In this document: positions 41,836-52,169 of the stretch, in pieces
Layout: every line of letters begins with the position of its first letter
Position numbering within the stretch: position 1 is the stretch's first letter
DNA from: an uncultured Thermoproteaceae archaeon
GTDB taxonomy: Archaea > Thermoproteota > Thermoprotei > Thermoproteales > Thermocladiaceae
Direction: 5' to 3'
DNA length: 64,000 bases
Assembly (NCBI GenBank): GCA_964575955.1
Contig: CAZNTG010000006.1
Location: 557,364-621,363, forward strand
Translations under genes and position numbers: made by a program
The notes under the pieces: model-generated
What the model was told of the DNA's origin: nothing
Seen by the model: only the letters and a program-made list of their open reading frames with translations
Database searches by the model: none

Positions 41836-42180
41836 TCATTTCCTCTTTCTATACTTATCTATTATACTCAACATCTCTTGAAGTTCTTCATCACTAAACT
41901 CTCTTTTCTCAAGACCGAGAATAGTTCTTAACTCTTCAACATGTCTAGGCATTATATTCACAATCTGTATAGCTGTCATTCTAGCAATACCAAACTTTGT
42001 AACTAGCTCTTCAACAATCTTCTTAGCATCTTCAGGATTTACCTTAGAGAACTTTCTAAGATATGTCAATACGTCTGAAACCTCAATCTCACTAATACCA
42101 AATTTTGACAATGTCTCTTCAAGCAATTTTAATGCCTCAGGAATAGTTATATCTTCGATACTTATAATCTTCTTTGACAT
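41836..42180 (-). CDS. rpo4: RNA polymerase subunit Rpo4 (RpoF)
   Basis: YL.KFSK, A.QIVNIMP...EELR.IL. Confidence 0.93.
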   Translation of the reverse strand: MSKKIISIEDITIPEALKLLEETLSKFGISEIEVSDVLTYLRKFSKVNPEDAKKIVEELVTKFGIARMTAIQIVNIMPRHVEELRTILGLEKREFSDEELQEMLSIIDKYRKRK

Positions 42181-42264
42181 ATGCTAAATCTACTTCTGAC
42201 TTAAAAATTCTTACTCAATGAAGCATAAGACTTATATTTAAACTAGTCACGATAGGTCAGATCT

Positions 42265-42645
42265 ATGGTTAAGCGTACACATGGATATAGATTTAAGTGT
42301 AGAAAACTTTTAAGTAAATCACCAAGAGAGAGAGGTAGACCAGGACTTAGAAGATGGTTATACACATATGAGATTGGTGAGAAAGTTGTAATTGACATAG
42401 ATCCAACATACATAACAACAGCACCGCACAGAAGATATCAAGGTAAGGTTGGTACAATAATAGGTAAGAGAGGTAGAGCATACCTCATAGAGATATATCT
42501 TGGAAGTAAGAGAAAGATCATAATAACAACACCAGACCACATAAAGCCACTAAATGAGAAGGAGAAACTTATGAAAGTTATTGAACAGCTAGGCATTAAG
42601 GCAAGTCCTGAAATTGTTGATAAGCTAGTACAATCAGCAAGCTAA
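42265..42645 (+). CDS. rpl21e: 50S ribosomal protein L21e
   Basis: GYR..R.LL.K.PRERG, PHRRYQGK.G. Confidence 0.95.
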   Translation: MVKRTHGYRFKCRKLLSKSPRERGRPGLRRWLYTYEIGEKVVIDIDPTYITTAPHRRYQGKVGTIIGKRGRAYLIEIYLGSKRKIIITTPDHIKPLNEKEKLMKVIEQLGIKASPEIVDKLVQSAS

Positions 42646-42700
42646 AAACGACAATAATATAACCCAGAACTGTCTAAGTATTTGTCAGGCGGAGAGAACC

Positions 42701-43357
42701 TTGAATAGAGGAGCAAGATTTGAAGACTATGTTGCGGAACTATTATCAAAACTTGGATTTATAATTCTTGGAAAGAGAATTAGAGTATACGTTGACGGTA
42801 ACGAAGTCGGTGAGGTAGACATTCTTGCACAAGATGCAGCGGGAAATAAATATGCTGTAGAGGTAAAATCAGGAAAGATAGATGTAACAGGAATAAGACA
42901 GGCATATGTAAATGCTAAAATTCTAAATGCAAAACCACTAATAGTTGCAAGAGGATTCTCAAACTCATCAGCAGAAGCACTAGCTAGAGAACTTGGAGTA
43001 GAAACAATAACACTAGACGAGAATGTGCTAATAAGAACAGAAGAACTAATGTTAACATTAGAGATGGTACTGTACAAATTTATGGAGGAAACATTAACAA
43101 TGCTTGAAAAAATTAGAGAGATTGCAGAAAATAGACATATTAGAGAAGCAATACTAAAATGTGATGACTGGTCATGTATGTGTAGAGAACTAGGGCTACA
43201 ATCTGAGGAATGTGGAACAATGATAATGAGAATTAGACAAACATTAAAACTAAACCACTCTGTAAGTTTTATGAAAGTAAAAGCATTAACAAGACTATAC
43301 ACATTTCTAAAAAATTTGACAAATAGTGTGAAAGAAGAAAAGGTATATAACACCTAG
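42701..43357 (+). CDS. PD-(D/E)XK (Mrr/YraN-like) endonuclease
   Basis: G..FE, EVDILA, AVEVKSG, IRQA. Confidence 0.85.
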   Translation: MNRGARFEDYVAELLSKLGFIILGKRIRVYVDGNEVGEVDILAQDAAGNKYAVEVKSGKIDVTGIRQAYVNAKILNAKPLIVARGFSNSSAEALARELGVETITLDENVLIRTEELMLTLEMVLYKFMEETLTMLEKIREIAENRHIREAILKCDDWSCMCRELGLQSEECGTMIMRIRQTLKLNHSVSFMKVKALTRLYTFLKNLTNSVKEEKVYNT

Positions 43358-43374
43358 CACAATACTGTAACCGA

Positions 43375-43444
43375 CCCCGTCGGTCTCACGGGCCTGGACA
43401 GGGCATGTAGCCCTGAATGAAGGGCTCGCGGTCAGACGGGGACA
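43375..43444 (+). ncRNA. Canonical single-hairpin H/ACA guide RNA (predicted target 23S U2593, E. coli numbering)
   Basis: CCCCGTC/GACGGGG lower stem, pocket GTCTCAC / CGGTC, upper stem, K-turn (GGA / AAT-GAA), CAGGGC/GCCCTG, terminal ACA; TATATAA about 25 nt upstream. Confidence 0.9.
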
Positions 43445-43449
43445 AATAT

Positions 43450-44565
43450 CTATAACTCATGTGCCTCTACTTCAGGTAGCTTATCTAAACCTACATCACT
43501 TCTACTACCAAATCTGTCAACTAGATATGTTTTTAATATGTTTGAGATCTTACCTGTAGTTAAGTATTTAATAACCTCATCTGCTAATCCAGGCCCAATT
43601 TCAGCACCATAACCATCAAATCCTGATATGACTATCACCTTTCCTAAGAATGCGACTATGGGTCTACTATCAGGACTTGTATCACAATAACCTGCACTAC
43701 CAATTATATACTTAGCATATTTATATCTTCTCAATAGTCTAGGTAGAATGTCATGTTTAAACCATGACTCGACCTTAGCCTTGTTAGTTGGTTCTTGTGG
43801 TGGTGTATTTCCATTTCCACATACTGCAAATCTCATATTACCAATCTTCAATTTAGATAAATAGCCACATGGTCTAACATAGATCCTATTTACATAGTCA
43901 TACAATATGTAGTTCATACTATTGCTAGATATTAGGAATATACCTGCTTGACATTTATATGGTATTAGTGGAATTTTAATATTATTATCAAATAATAATC
44001 TTCTAGTCCATGCACCACATGTAACTATCACATAGTCAAAATCTGTTATAGATTCATTTCTAGTTATAACCTTGACATTATTAAGATCTTCAATCTTTAT
44101 CTTAGCTTCACATAGTTTAACATCAATATCTCTCCATAATGAGTATACTATCTTATCTATCCTAACGATAATATCGTTATTACATACATATACAACCTCA
44201 TTATCATACACTTTGAAATCGATATCCTGATAGTTATCTAGTCTATATACATCTGCACCTACACCTCTCCACTTTTCTATTAAATTCACAATCTTATATT
44301 CATGATCTTTCAATAGTACTGTGTACGATTTTACTATCTTTATACAATTTTCTAGATTAAATTCCTTAATGACTTTAGCATAGAGTTCTCTAGTTGATTT
44401 TGCTAGTAGTATATCTTCATCATACTTCTGCATTAGAGATTGTATAAGTCCAATCTTTGGATACTTTCTTCTCAGCGAGAATGTTCTAACTTTAAATCCA
44501 CTACTTTTTAACAACCATGCTATGAATGTTCCCACTATTCCACAACCAATTACACATATATTCAT
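43450..44565 (-). CDS. FAD-dependent oxidoreductase (DAO/glycine oxidase family)
   Basis: VIGCGIVG, CGAW, SPDSRP, GFDGYG. Confidence 0.85.
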   Translation of the reverse strand: MNICVIGCGIVGTFIAWLLKSSGFKVRTFSLRRKYPKIGLIQSLMQKYDEDILLAKSTRELYAKVIKEFNLENCIKIVKSYTVLLKDHEYKIVNLIEKWRGVGADVYRLDNYQDIDFKVYDNEVVYVCNNDIIVRIDKIVYSLWRDIDVKLCEAKIKIEDLNNVKVITRNESITDFDYVIVTCGAWTRRLLFDNNIKIPLIPYKCQAGIFLISSNSMNYILYDYVNRIYVRPCGYLSKLKIGNMRFAVCGNGNTPPQEPTNKAKVESWFKHDILPRLLRRYKYAKYIIGSAGYCDTSPDSRPIVAFLGKVIVISGFDGYGAEIGPGLADEVIKYLTTGKISNILKTYLVDRFGSRSDVGLDKLPEVEAHEL

Positions 44566-45411
44566 ACTATGCTAGCTCAAGTATGTTAACTCTTGATTTA
44601 ACACTTACTCTAGATCTTCAACTTGTCTCTTTGACAGTAATCATGTTCTACATATTGTTTCACTGTCAAGTCTTGATCGTTATGGTATTGTCGTGATGTC
44701 TGTAAAACCTATTTTTTAAAAAAGAGGCATGGACTTCGCTATGGCTAGTCCTACACTATCACCAGGAGATACCGCATGGTTACTGACTGCATCAACGTTA
44801 GTAATGTTGATGACTGTTCCTGGATTAGCATTATTCTACTCAGGACTTGTGAGAAAGAAAATGTTATATCAACGATGATGTACTGCTTCTTAGCGTATGG
44901 TATAGTGTCTATAGCTTGGATATTGTACGCATTTTCACTAGCTTTTAGTCCATTTGGACCATTATCAGCATTTATAGGTAATTTGAAATATGCTACTATT
45001 AGTCCATTTACAGGAACAACACCAAGATCACTATGGTGGAACTTCTGGTTTCACACTAACGTACCGACATTCATATACTGTGGTTTCCAATTAACATTTG
45101 CAGCTATAACTGTAGCAATAATATCTTCAGCAATTGTAGAGAGAACTAAGCTAAGTGCATGGATAACATTCTGTATACTATGGCTAACATTTGTATACTG
45201 TCCAGTAGCTCACTGGTTATGGAGTGATGGTTGGCCTAAGACAATTCTACCAAAGCTAGGTCTACCACCTACACTAGACTTCGCTGGTGGTATGGTAGTT
45301 CACATGTCTAGTGGATTTTCAGCTCTAGTACTAGCATACATAGTTGGAAAACGTTTAGGATATGGTAAAGAACCAATGCCACCACACAACATAACTTACG
45401 TACTTCTAGGA

Positions 45412-45560
45412 ATGAGTTCGGGTCTGAATATTCTTGTATATGTTTTGTTTCATCCCCTCATGTTTTCCCTCCCACATCGGTCTTGGAGTTGCATCTCCTT
45501 CGGGAGGGATTCATCCCGTGCGACCCACGCGCACGGTCTAGGTAAAGTTTGAGATAGTGG
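45412..45560 (-). ncRNA. Putative TnpB omega/reRNA scaffold at the right end (boundaries approximate)
   Basis: GC-rich hairpins (CCGTGCG/CGCACGG; GGAG/CTCC) overlapping the tnpB 3' end, the known position of omegaRNAs. Confidence 0.55.
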
Positions 45561-46702
45561 AGAGGTGCACATCTGCCCGTAAACTTCTTGTAGAGATTCA
45601 GTACAGCAACAACATCTCTATGACCAACAAAGCCACAGTTACTGCATTTGACAAGCCTATAACTAACATGTATTAGCTTAGCTCCACATAGCGGGCATGT
45701 ACTACTGGTCTCTCTCGGATCTACCTCTACGTATGGGACACCAAGCTCCTCACATTTACACTTCAATGCGTATAAGAACTTCCTGTAACAGAACCCAGCT
45801 ATCTTCCAGCCTTTCTTACACCTTGTAACATCTTCAAGATATTCAACAACTACTACAGCTAGTTTTTTCTTTGCATACTTCGCTATCTGTTTTCCAAGTT
45901 CCCAACAGCTATCAGTTAAAACATTTCTTGCACGCTTAAACCAGTAGCGTACTCTCTCAAGTACACGCTTGCTAAATCTCCACGACTTTGGATATTGTTT
46001 CTGTAACAAGTGAGCACGATGCCTAAACTTGAGATACTTCTCAAATGGTGCCCTGATAAAGCGTACAGTTGCTATTTCCCTAACTTCATCTACGTAAAGT
46101 AGCGAAATGTTCCACAAATTAACATCAAGTACAACTACATTAACCGGAATGTAAAACTCTACCCTCTTCTTGAGATATATGCAGACCCAGATATTTCCAT
46201 TTTCGTACTTTACAACAAGCTCGTAGTTTTTCCATCCTCCCGAAACAAAGCGAGCAAGATAGTTCTTCCTATGCAAGAGGCGAAGAGTAACTGTTTTTCC
46301 ATTGTGTAGTTTCAGAACAAGTCTAGCATTCTTAAGATCGAGCTCATAATCATACATGTCAAATCTTGCTGATAGCTTCCTCAAAGTTGGTTTTGACCCT
46401 CTGTTAACTTTTGCACCAGCAACGACAGCTCTAGCATACTTATAAATCTGCTTGACGTGATGTGTCCTGAAACCTTGCTGTCTCAGTATGCTATAAAACC
46501 ATTGATGTAGTTGCGACTCTGTAGGTACTTTAGGTAGGTTCCATATAAGGTCAACAATCCACTGAACACGGCCTCTCCAAAGTTTTAGGAACTCTAGCAA
46601 GTCCTCTAGCTTGCCCTTCTCAACAACTGCTCTGCACCTGACCGTACGTACAATCTCCCTCCCTCGGGGAACCGCCCTTACTTGGGCGGTGCTCCCCCTC
46701 AT
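45458..46702 (-). CDS. tnpB: RNA-guided endonuclease TnpB
   Basis: RuvC D (VLDVN), E (VVEYL) and D (HRDVVA) intact; Zn finger CPLCG...CSNCG. Confidence 0.93.
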   Translation of the reverse strand: MRGSTAQVRAVPRGREIVRTVRCRAVVEKGKLEDLLEFLKLWRGRVQWIVDLIWNLPKVPTESQLHQWFYSILRQQGFRTHHVKQIYKYARAVVAGAKVNRGSKPTLRKLSARFDMYDYELDLKNARLVLKLHNGKTVTLRLLHRKNYLARFVSGGWKNYELVVKYENGNIWVCIYLKKRVEFYIPVNVVVLDVNLWNISLLYVDEVREIATVRFIRAPFEKYLKFRHRAHLLQKQYPKSWRFSKRVLERVRYWFKRARNVLTDSCWELGKQIAKYAKKKLAVVVVEYLEDVTRCKKGWKIAGFCYRKFLYALKCKCEELGVPYVEVDPRETSSTCPLCGAKLIHVSYRLVKCSNCGFVGHRDVVAVLNLYKKFTGRCAPLHYLKLYLDRARGSHGMNPSRRRCNSKTDVGGKT

Positions 46703-47378
46703 CGGTGGTCTGAATATGTTTGCATATGTCTGAATATAAATCTATCGGCAAAGTTTCACTCAGAAACCTAATGTTTTGCTCAAGAAGTTTCTTAACCTTG
46801 TGGGAGCGCTTACCATAGATCTTACCTGCAAAGGAAACTACTAGAGTTAAGAAGTCCTCGATTAGCTCTTCTAAGGGCTCCTTTTCTTCCTTGAGTACTT
46901 CTTCTATTCTGACACCGAACTGCTTGAAGAAGAACTCGAGGTATTTAAAGCCAAACCTAGTTAGCCTATCTCTGTACGTGATAAGCATAACATCGACTTT
47001 TCGATTAGCTACGTACTTCAGGAGTTTCTGAAGTCCTTTTCTGTTCTCGTCTAGCCCACTGCCAACGTCCGTTATTATGTCGATTATCTTGTAGCCTTTC
47101 TCATTTGCATATTTCTTTAGTAACTCTACTTGTCGGTCGAGGTCACCCTGCTCTTTTTGTTTATGCGAGCTTACTCGCGCATAGATTACGCATCGAATTT
47201 CTTTCTTCTCTCCTTGCTGCTTGCCTTTAATGTGCTCAACTTCTTCTCGTGGGATTAAGTACCTGCCGGAGGGTGTCTTAATTGCGTGGATCTTGCCTTC
47301 TCTAATCCATCTCCAGAGCGTAATGTACGAGATACCGAGCTCACGACAGACATCCCTAGGAGCAAGCAACTCAGTCAT
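46620..47378 (-). CDS. tnpA: IS607 transposase (MerR-like HTH + serine recombinase)
   Basis: LGISY.TL.RW, YARVSS..Q, DVGSGL, DRLTRFG, FAGKIYG.RS; start placed at MTELL. Confidence 0.95.
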   Translation of the reverse strand: MTELLAPRDVCRELGISYITLWRWIREGKIHAIKTPSGRYLIPREEVEHIKGKQQGEKKEIRCVIYARVSSHKQKEQGDLDRQVELLKKYANEKGYKIIDIITDVGSGLDENRKGLQKLLKYVANRKVDVMLITYRDRLTRFGFKYLEFFFKQFGVRIEEVLKEEKEPLEELIEDFLTLVVSFAGKIYGKRSHKVKKLLEQNIRFLSETLPIDLYSDICKHIQTTDEGEHRPSKGGSPREGDCTYGQVQSSC

Positions 47379-48045
47379 CAAGCATATACACATATATAAA
47401 AGCATATAAAGCTAGCTACGGCGTTACTATGGTTTGGATGGTTTGGATTTAATGCAGGTAGTGCAGTAGCATCAAACGGTCTTGCAGCATCTGCGTGGCT
47501 AGTAACAAACACAGCAACAGCTGCAGCAGCGTTAACATGGTGCTTCTTATCATGGTTAAAAGAAGGAAAAGCATCAAGCCTAGCGTTTGCAAGTGGTGCG
47601 GTAGCTGGACTAGTAGCAATAACGCCAGCAAGCGGATTTGTAGATCCAATATCAGCAATAATTATTGGAGTAATTGCAAGCATAATAAGCTACCACATGG
47701 TAGAATTTAGAATAAAGAAGGGACTTGATGAAAGTCTAGATGCATGGGCTATACATGGAATGTCTGGACTATGGGGTTCAATAGCTACAGGACTCTTCGC
47801 AAATCCAAAGATAAACCCAGGAAGTGTAGGACTAGTGTACGGACTAATATATGGAATGCCTCTCAAAGGTGCTCTACAACTAGCATCACAAATAATAACA
47901 TCACTAGCAGTGTTAGGGTACGTAGTTACTGTAACATTCATAATTGGAAAGATGATAGATAAAGTAATAGGATGGAGAGTATCACCAGAAATAGAATATG
48001 TAGGATTAGACATGTCTGTACATGGAGAAGAAGGATACATAATGA

Positions 48046-48385
<340 letters not shown>

Positions 48386-48483
48386 GAATAAACTAGAAAT
48401 AAACACAATACAAAAACTCGAAATCCTACCCCTAAACTCTGCCTAAGAGATTCTCCAAGGCTCGAACTGTATTGTTGTAAAAT

Positions 48484-48583
48484 TGGCGCCGCCGCCGGGA
48501 TTTGAACCCGGGACCTACGGGTTTCTGTGCGGGTAGCCCCCGCTTAACAGCCCGCCGCTCCAACCAGGCTGAGCTACGGCGGC
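48484..48583 (-). tRNA. tRNA-Asn(GTT) with 22-nt intron (48523-48544, position 37/38)
   Basis: Perfect BHB: CTGT/ACAG helix, TAA and AAA bulges, GCGGG/CCCGC intron stem; encoded CCA. Confidence 0.96.
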
Positions 48584-48637
48584 TGTTTTAGCTTTATATA
48601 GTAGACCTTTTAACCCTTACTCTATATCTCTAGTCTT

Positions 48638-48687
48638 GTGATGAGATTGGTCTTATATGACTAGATGATTTATGGGAACGATGCTGA
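48638..48687 (+). ncRNA. C/D-box guide sRNA (degenerate D'/C')
   Basis: GTGATGA-GATTGGTCTTAT-ATGA-CTAG-ATGATTT-ATGGGAACGATG-CTGA; TTTTAA about 25 nt upstream; D' guide resembles the complement of 23S AAGGCCAATC. Confidence 0.75.
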
Positions 48688-48718
48688 TATTCTTAAATAA
48701 TCTACTAGCATGTTGTGA

Positions 48719-49075
48719 TTGATGAAGATTTGTGTTATGGTTATTGTTGATGAGAGTAGAGATGATTGTGTTAAAATTATTGAAGATATATTTCAAAAAT
48801 TGAAAAATATTAGAGATGTATCTCTACACATATACTTTATCGGTCGTGGAGTTTCTACAGTTATTCCAAAGGTTAAGGAAGTACTACTATCTAACTTGAG
48901 TATACCTGTTAGACTTTACATATTTCAAAATATTGAAGATTTGTTAAAAGCTTTTGACTTAGATTCTCGTGAATGTAGTGAAATGTCTGTTCACCTTGTT
49001 TCAAGTGGAAACTATGAGGAAGTAGTTTTTAAATATTTAAAAGAGAAGGGTATAAGTGAGATGAATATATGCTAG
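48719..49075 (+). CDS. Hypothetical alpha/beta protein
   Basis: 118-aa ORF overlapping the start of the radical SAM gene. Confidence 0.55.
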   Translation: MMKICVMVIVDESRDDCVKIIEDIFQKLKNIRDVSLHIYFIGRGVSTVIPKVKEVLLSNLSIPVRLYIFQNIEDLLKAFDLDSRECSEMSVHLVSSGNYEEVVFKYLKEKGISEMNIC

Positions 49076-50622
49076 ATTTTGTAATCACTGTTGACAGAAC
49101 CTTAATGACAAATCATCATGGTAAGGAGTTTATTGGATTCATGACTACAAGCCCCGCTATTGGTGTACCAGAGTTTTTATGGATGTGGATATGTGCACCA
49201 AAACCTAAAGTTGATAAGTATGGAATGCCTAGAGAAGCACCATATGGATTAAGAAAAATTGAAGCAGCACTAGTAAAAGCGGGATTTAGAGCAGGTATTG
49301 TAGATCCAGACTACATACATAAGTATGTAGATAAGTGTAGAGCAATAATGATCGGTCACCATGACTTTTTCGCATTCTGTGCACCAAGTAATACATGGTG
49401 GGCTGTTACGAAGAGAGAACCTGTAAACAGGAAATACTTTATAAAACTTATGGAAAGTCCTGAAATTAGAAAATTTAAGAAAAGAGGAGGAAAAATCATT
49501 GTTGGAGGACCAGCAGCATGGCAATGGCTTCATGTTGAAGATCTATGGGAGAGATGGTGTGTTGACTGTGTTATTGATGGTGAAGCTGAGAAGATAATAG
49601 TCAAAATTGCTGAGAGAATTCTAAATAATGAACCAATACCGAAGTATGTATTCGTAGGTGCTGACGAAGTTCCAAGTATAGATGAGATACCTACAATAAT
49701 TAGACCAAGCGTTAATGGTCTTATAGAGATAATGCGTGGATGTCCTAGACATTGTAGATTTTGTAGTGTAACATTAAGACCATTAAGATACATACCACTA
49801 AACAAGATTGAAGAAGAGATTAAGGTAAACTATGAAAATGGTGTAAGACATGTACTACTACACTCAGAAGATGTATTACTATATGGTGCTGATGGTGTAA
49901 AACCTAGACCAGAACCACTATTTAAACTACATGAACTATCATTAAAATATGCTGAAAGTCTTGGATGGAGTCATGTAAGTCTTGCAGCTGTAGTATATGC
50001 TGAACATAATGGAAAGATTGTTAGTAAAATTACAGAGATGATATTTAGCAAGACAGGACAGAAATTTATAGGTGTACAAACAGGAATTGAAACAGGAAGT
50101 CCAAGACTTGCAAAGATAATAATGCCAGGAAAAGCAGCACCATACAAAGCTGATAAATGGCCTGAAATTGTTGAAGAAGCATTTGGAATAATGGCAGATG
50201 CAGGTATTGTACCAGCAGCAACAGTAATATTGAACATACCTGAAGAAACACCTGATGACTGTATGAAGACTGTAGAATTGATTGATAGATTGAGAAAATA
50301 TCCAAGTTTAATAGTACCTATGTATCTAGTACCAATGGGAATTTTGAAAGATAAAGCAGCACTACTCTCATTTAAGATAAAGCCTGAACATGTTGAAGTT
50401 ATGTGGAAATGTCTAGAACATTCACTATACTGGGCTCCAAAATTAGCATCAATGTATTTAAGTGATAAGAAGTCTACAATAGTTAGAACTCTAGTACAAC
50501 TATTCATAAAGTTTGTAGAATGGAAGAAGAAGGGTATAGAGAAGAAGATTAGAGAATATCTTGAAATGGCTGCTGAAGGAACATATGAGCATAAGGCAAT
50601 TGTTGAAGAAGCAGTACATTAA
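49069..50622 (+). CDS. B12-binding-domain radical SAM protein
   Basis: APYGLRK.EA, IVGGP, EIMRGCPRHCRFC, GIETGS. Confidence 0.92.
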   Translation: MLDFVITVDRTLMTNHHGKEFIGFMTTSPAIGVPEFLWMWICAPKPKVDKYGMPREAPYGLRKIEAALVKAGFRAGIVDPDYIHKYVDKCRAIMIGHHDFFAFCAPSNTWWAVTKREPVNRKYFIKLMESPEIRKFKKRGGKIIVGGPAAWQWLHVEDLWERWCVDCVIDGEAEKIIVKIAERILNNEPIPKYVFVGADEVPSIDEIPTIIRPSVNGLIEIMRGCPRHCRFCSVTLRPLRYIPLNKIEEEIKVNYENGVRHVLLHSEDVLLYGADGVKPRPEPLFKLHELSLKYAESLGWSHVSLAAVVYAEHNGKIVSKITEMIFSKTGQKFIGVQTGIETGSPRLAKIIMPGKAAPYKADKWPEIVEEAFGIMADAGIVPAATVILNIPEETPDDCMKTVELIDRLRKYPSLIVPMYLVPMGILKDKAALLSFKIKPEHVEVMWKCLEHSLYWAPKLASMYLSDKKSTIVRTLVQLFIKFVEWKKKGIEKKIREYLEMAAEGTYEHKAIVEEAVH

Positions 50623-52169
50623 TAAACATTTCCAAAACCACCACCGCCAGGTGTTTCAATTATAAGTATATCTCCAGGTTCTAGTATAGTCTCAACTTTA
50701 CCAGTACTATACTCCTCTAATACTCCACAAACTCTACGAACTGATACTCTTCCTGAAAGTGCAGGTTCACCACCTCTCCTTCCTAATGGTCTTCTTCTAA
50801 CTCTATCCATTATAACTACCGCTAAAGTTTTCTCAAGTACCTGTATTGCTCTTACAATACCACAACCACCTCTCCACTTACCTAAACCACCACTACCTCT
50901 CCTAATTTCATATTTCAAAATTCTCAATGGATACGTTCTCTCAATAACCTCTATCGGAGTGTTTAATGTATTTGTCATATATACATGAATACCACTCTCA
51001 CCATCATACTCTAAAGATGCACCAGCACCACAGCCAATAGTTTCATAAAATACCCACCCAGTCTCAAGACCATGAAGAACTACATTAGTCATAGTACCTC
51101 CAGATTGTGCTGGTATATCAGAAATTTCACTACTTAAAGCATTTAGAATAGAATCTACTATCCTCTGACTAGTCTCAACATTACCAAGACCTACAGGTGC
51201 AGGCTTTTCAGGATTTACAATAAGTCCAGAATCTGCATCTATATTTAAAATTCTGTAAACACCATCATTCATAGGTATATCATTGAAGAATAGACTTCTA
51301 AATACAAAACTTACAGAAGCTATCGTAACACCTAGAGCAGAATTAAATGGATATTCTAATTGTCTTGAAGAATCTTTAAAAGATATATAGATCTTAGAAC
51401 CACATATCTTAACATTACAACAAATCTTTGCATCAATATCATCAATCTCTACATAATCTTCACCATATGCATTAAGTGATAGATCTCTAATACGAATTTT
51501 AGCAAGATTTTCACTATAGTTAAACATGTACTCTATAGAAGATTTCAACTTATCATATCCATACTTTAGTAATAGTTTCTGAACTTCATCTCTACCAGAT
51601 TTCAAAGATGCTATCTGTGCCATAATGTCTGAATATGTATATCTTCTCATTCTAACTCTATCTAAAATACTTCTAAGAACATCTTTACATAGTGAACCTC
51701 TATCAACAATTTTTACAGGCTCGATAACAATACCTTCATCATATATTGACCTAGCTTTAAGTGATAGACCACCAGGATATTTACCACCAACATCTACATG
51801 ATGAGCCTTATTTACAAGCCATAGTACTAATCTATCATTGTAAAATACTGGCATTAGTAATGCAATATCATTAAGATGTGTACCAATTATGTATGGATCA
51901 TTGGTTATGAATATATCACCATCCTGAATTTCGAGATCTCTAACATATTCTAGAAAGTATTTCATACCAACATACATAGATCCGAGATGAACAGGAATAT
52001 GCTCAGCTTGAGCTACAATTCTACCTTCAGAATCTGCTATTAGACAGCTAAAATCCATTCTATCTCTAATATTTGGAGACATTGCACATCTTCTCAAAAT
52101 TATACCCATCTTCTCTGAAATATATTCAAGACTTCTATACAATATCTCTAGAGTAGTTTTATCAATCAT
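50619..52169 (-). CDS. Hydantoinase B / 5-oxoprolinase subunit
   Basis: SPNIRDRMDFSC, AEHIPVHLGSM, GTHLND, MTNTLNTP.E, TPGGGGFG. Confidence 0.93.
   Translation of the reverse strand: MIDKTTLEILYRSLEYISEKMGIILRRCAMSPNIRDRMDFSCLIADSEGRIVAQAEHIPVHLGSMYVGMKYFLEYVRDLEIQDGDIFITNDPYIIGTHLNDIALLMPVFYNDRLVLWLVNKAHHVDVGGKYPGGLSLKARSIYDEGIVIEPVKIVDRGSLCKDVLRSILDRVRMRRYTYSDIMAQIASLKSGRDEVQKLLLKYGYDKLKSSIEYMFNYSENLAKIRIRDLSLNAYGEDYVEIDDIDAKICCNVKICGSKIYISFKDSSRQLEYPFNSALGVTIASVSFVFRSLFFNDIPMNDGVYRILNIDADSGLIVNPEKPAPVGLGNVETSQRIVDSILNALSSEISDIPAQSGGTMTNVVLHGLETGWVFYETIGCGAGASLEYDGESGIHVYMTNTLNTPIEVIERTYPLRILKYEIRRGSGGLGKWRGGCGIVRAIQVLEKTLAVVIMDRVRRRPLGRRGGEPALSGRVSVRRVCGVLEEYSTGKVETILEPGDILIIETPGGGGFGNVY

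Larger units (their letters stand above)
45412..47417 (-). mobile_element. IS607-family element (tnpA serine recombinase + tnpB), 2006 bp
   Basis: Higher GC than flanks; removal restores amt in frame; 10-bp-periodic subterminal repeats; no terminal IRs; an equally long alternative boundary 45410-47415 uses the shared CTAG. Confidence 0.92.

Noticed and set aside
45396-47425. IS607 as a BHB-spliced 'archaeal IStron': CTAG at both junctions could form a 4-bp helix, and cuts 2 nt downstream would restore CTA-GGA-ACG
   Set aside because: The flanking exon and intron helices needed for a BHB do not pair. In-frame restoration is expected from any clean insertion. amt is also frameshifted upstream.
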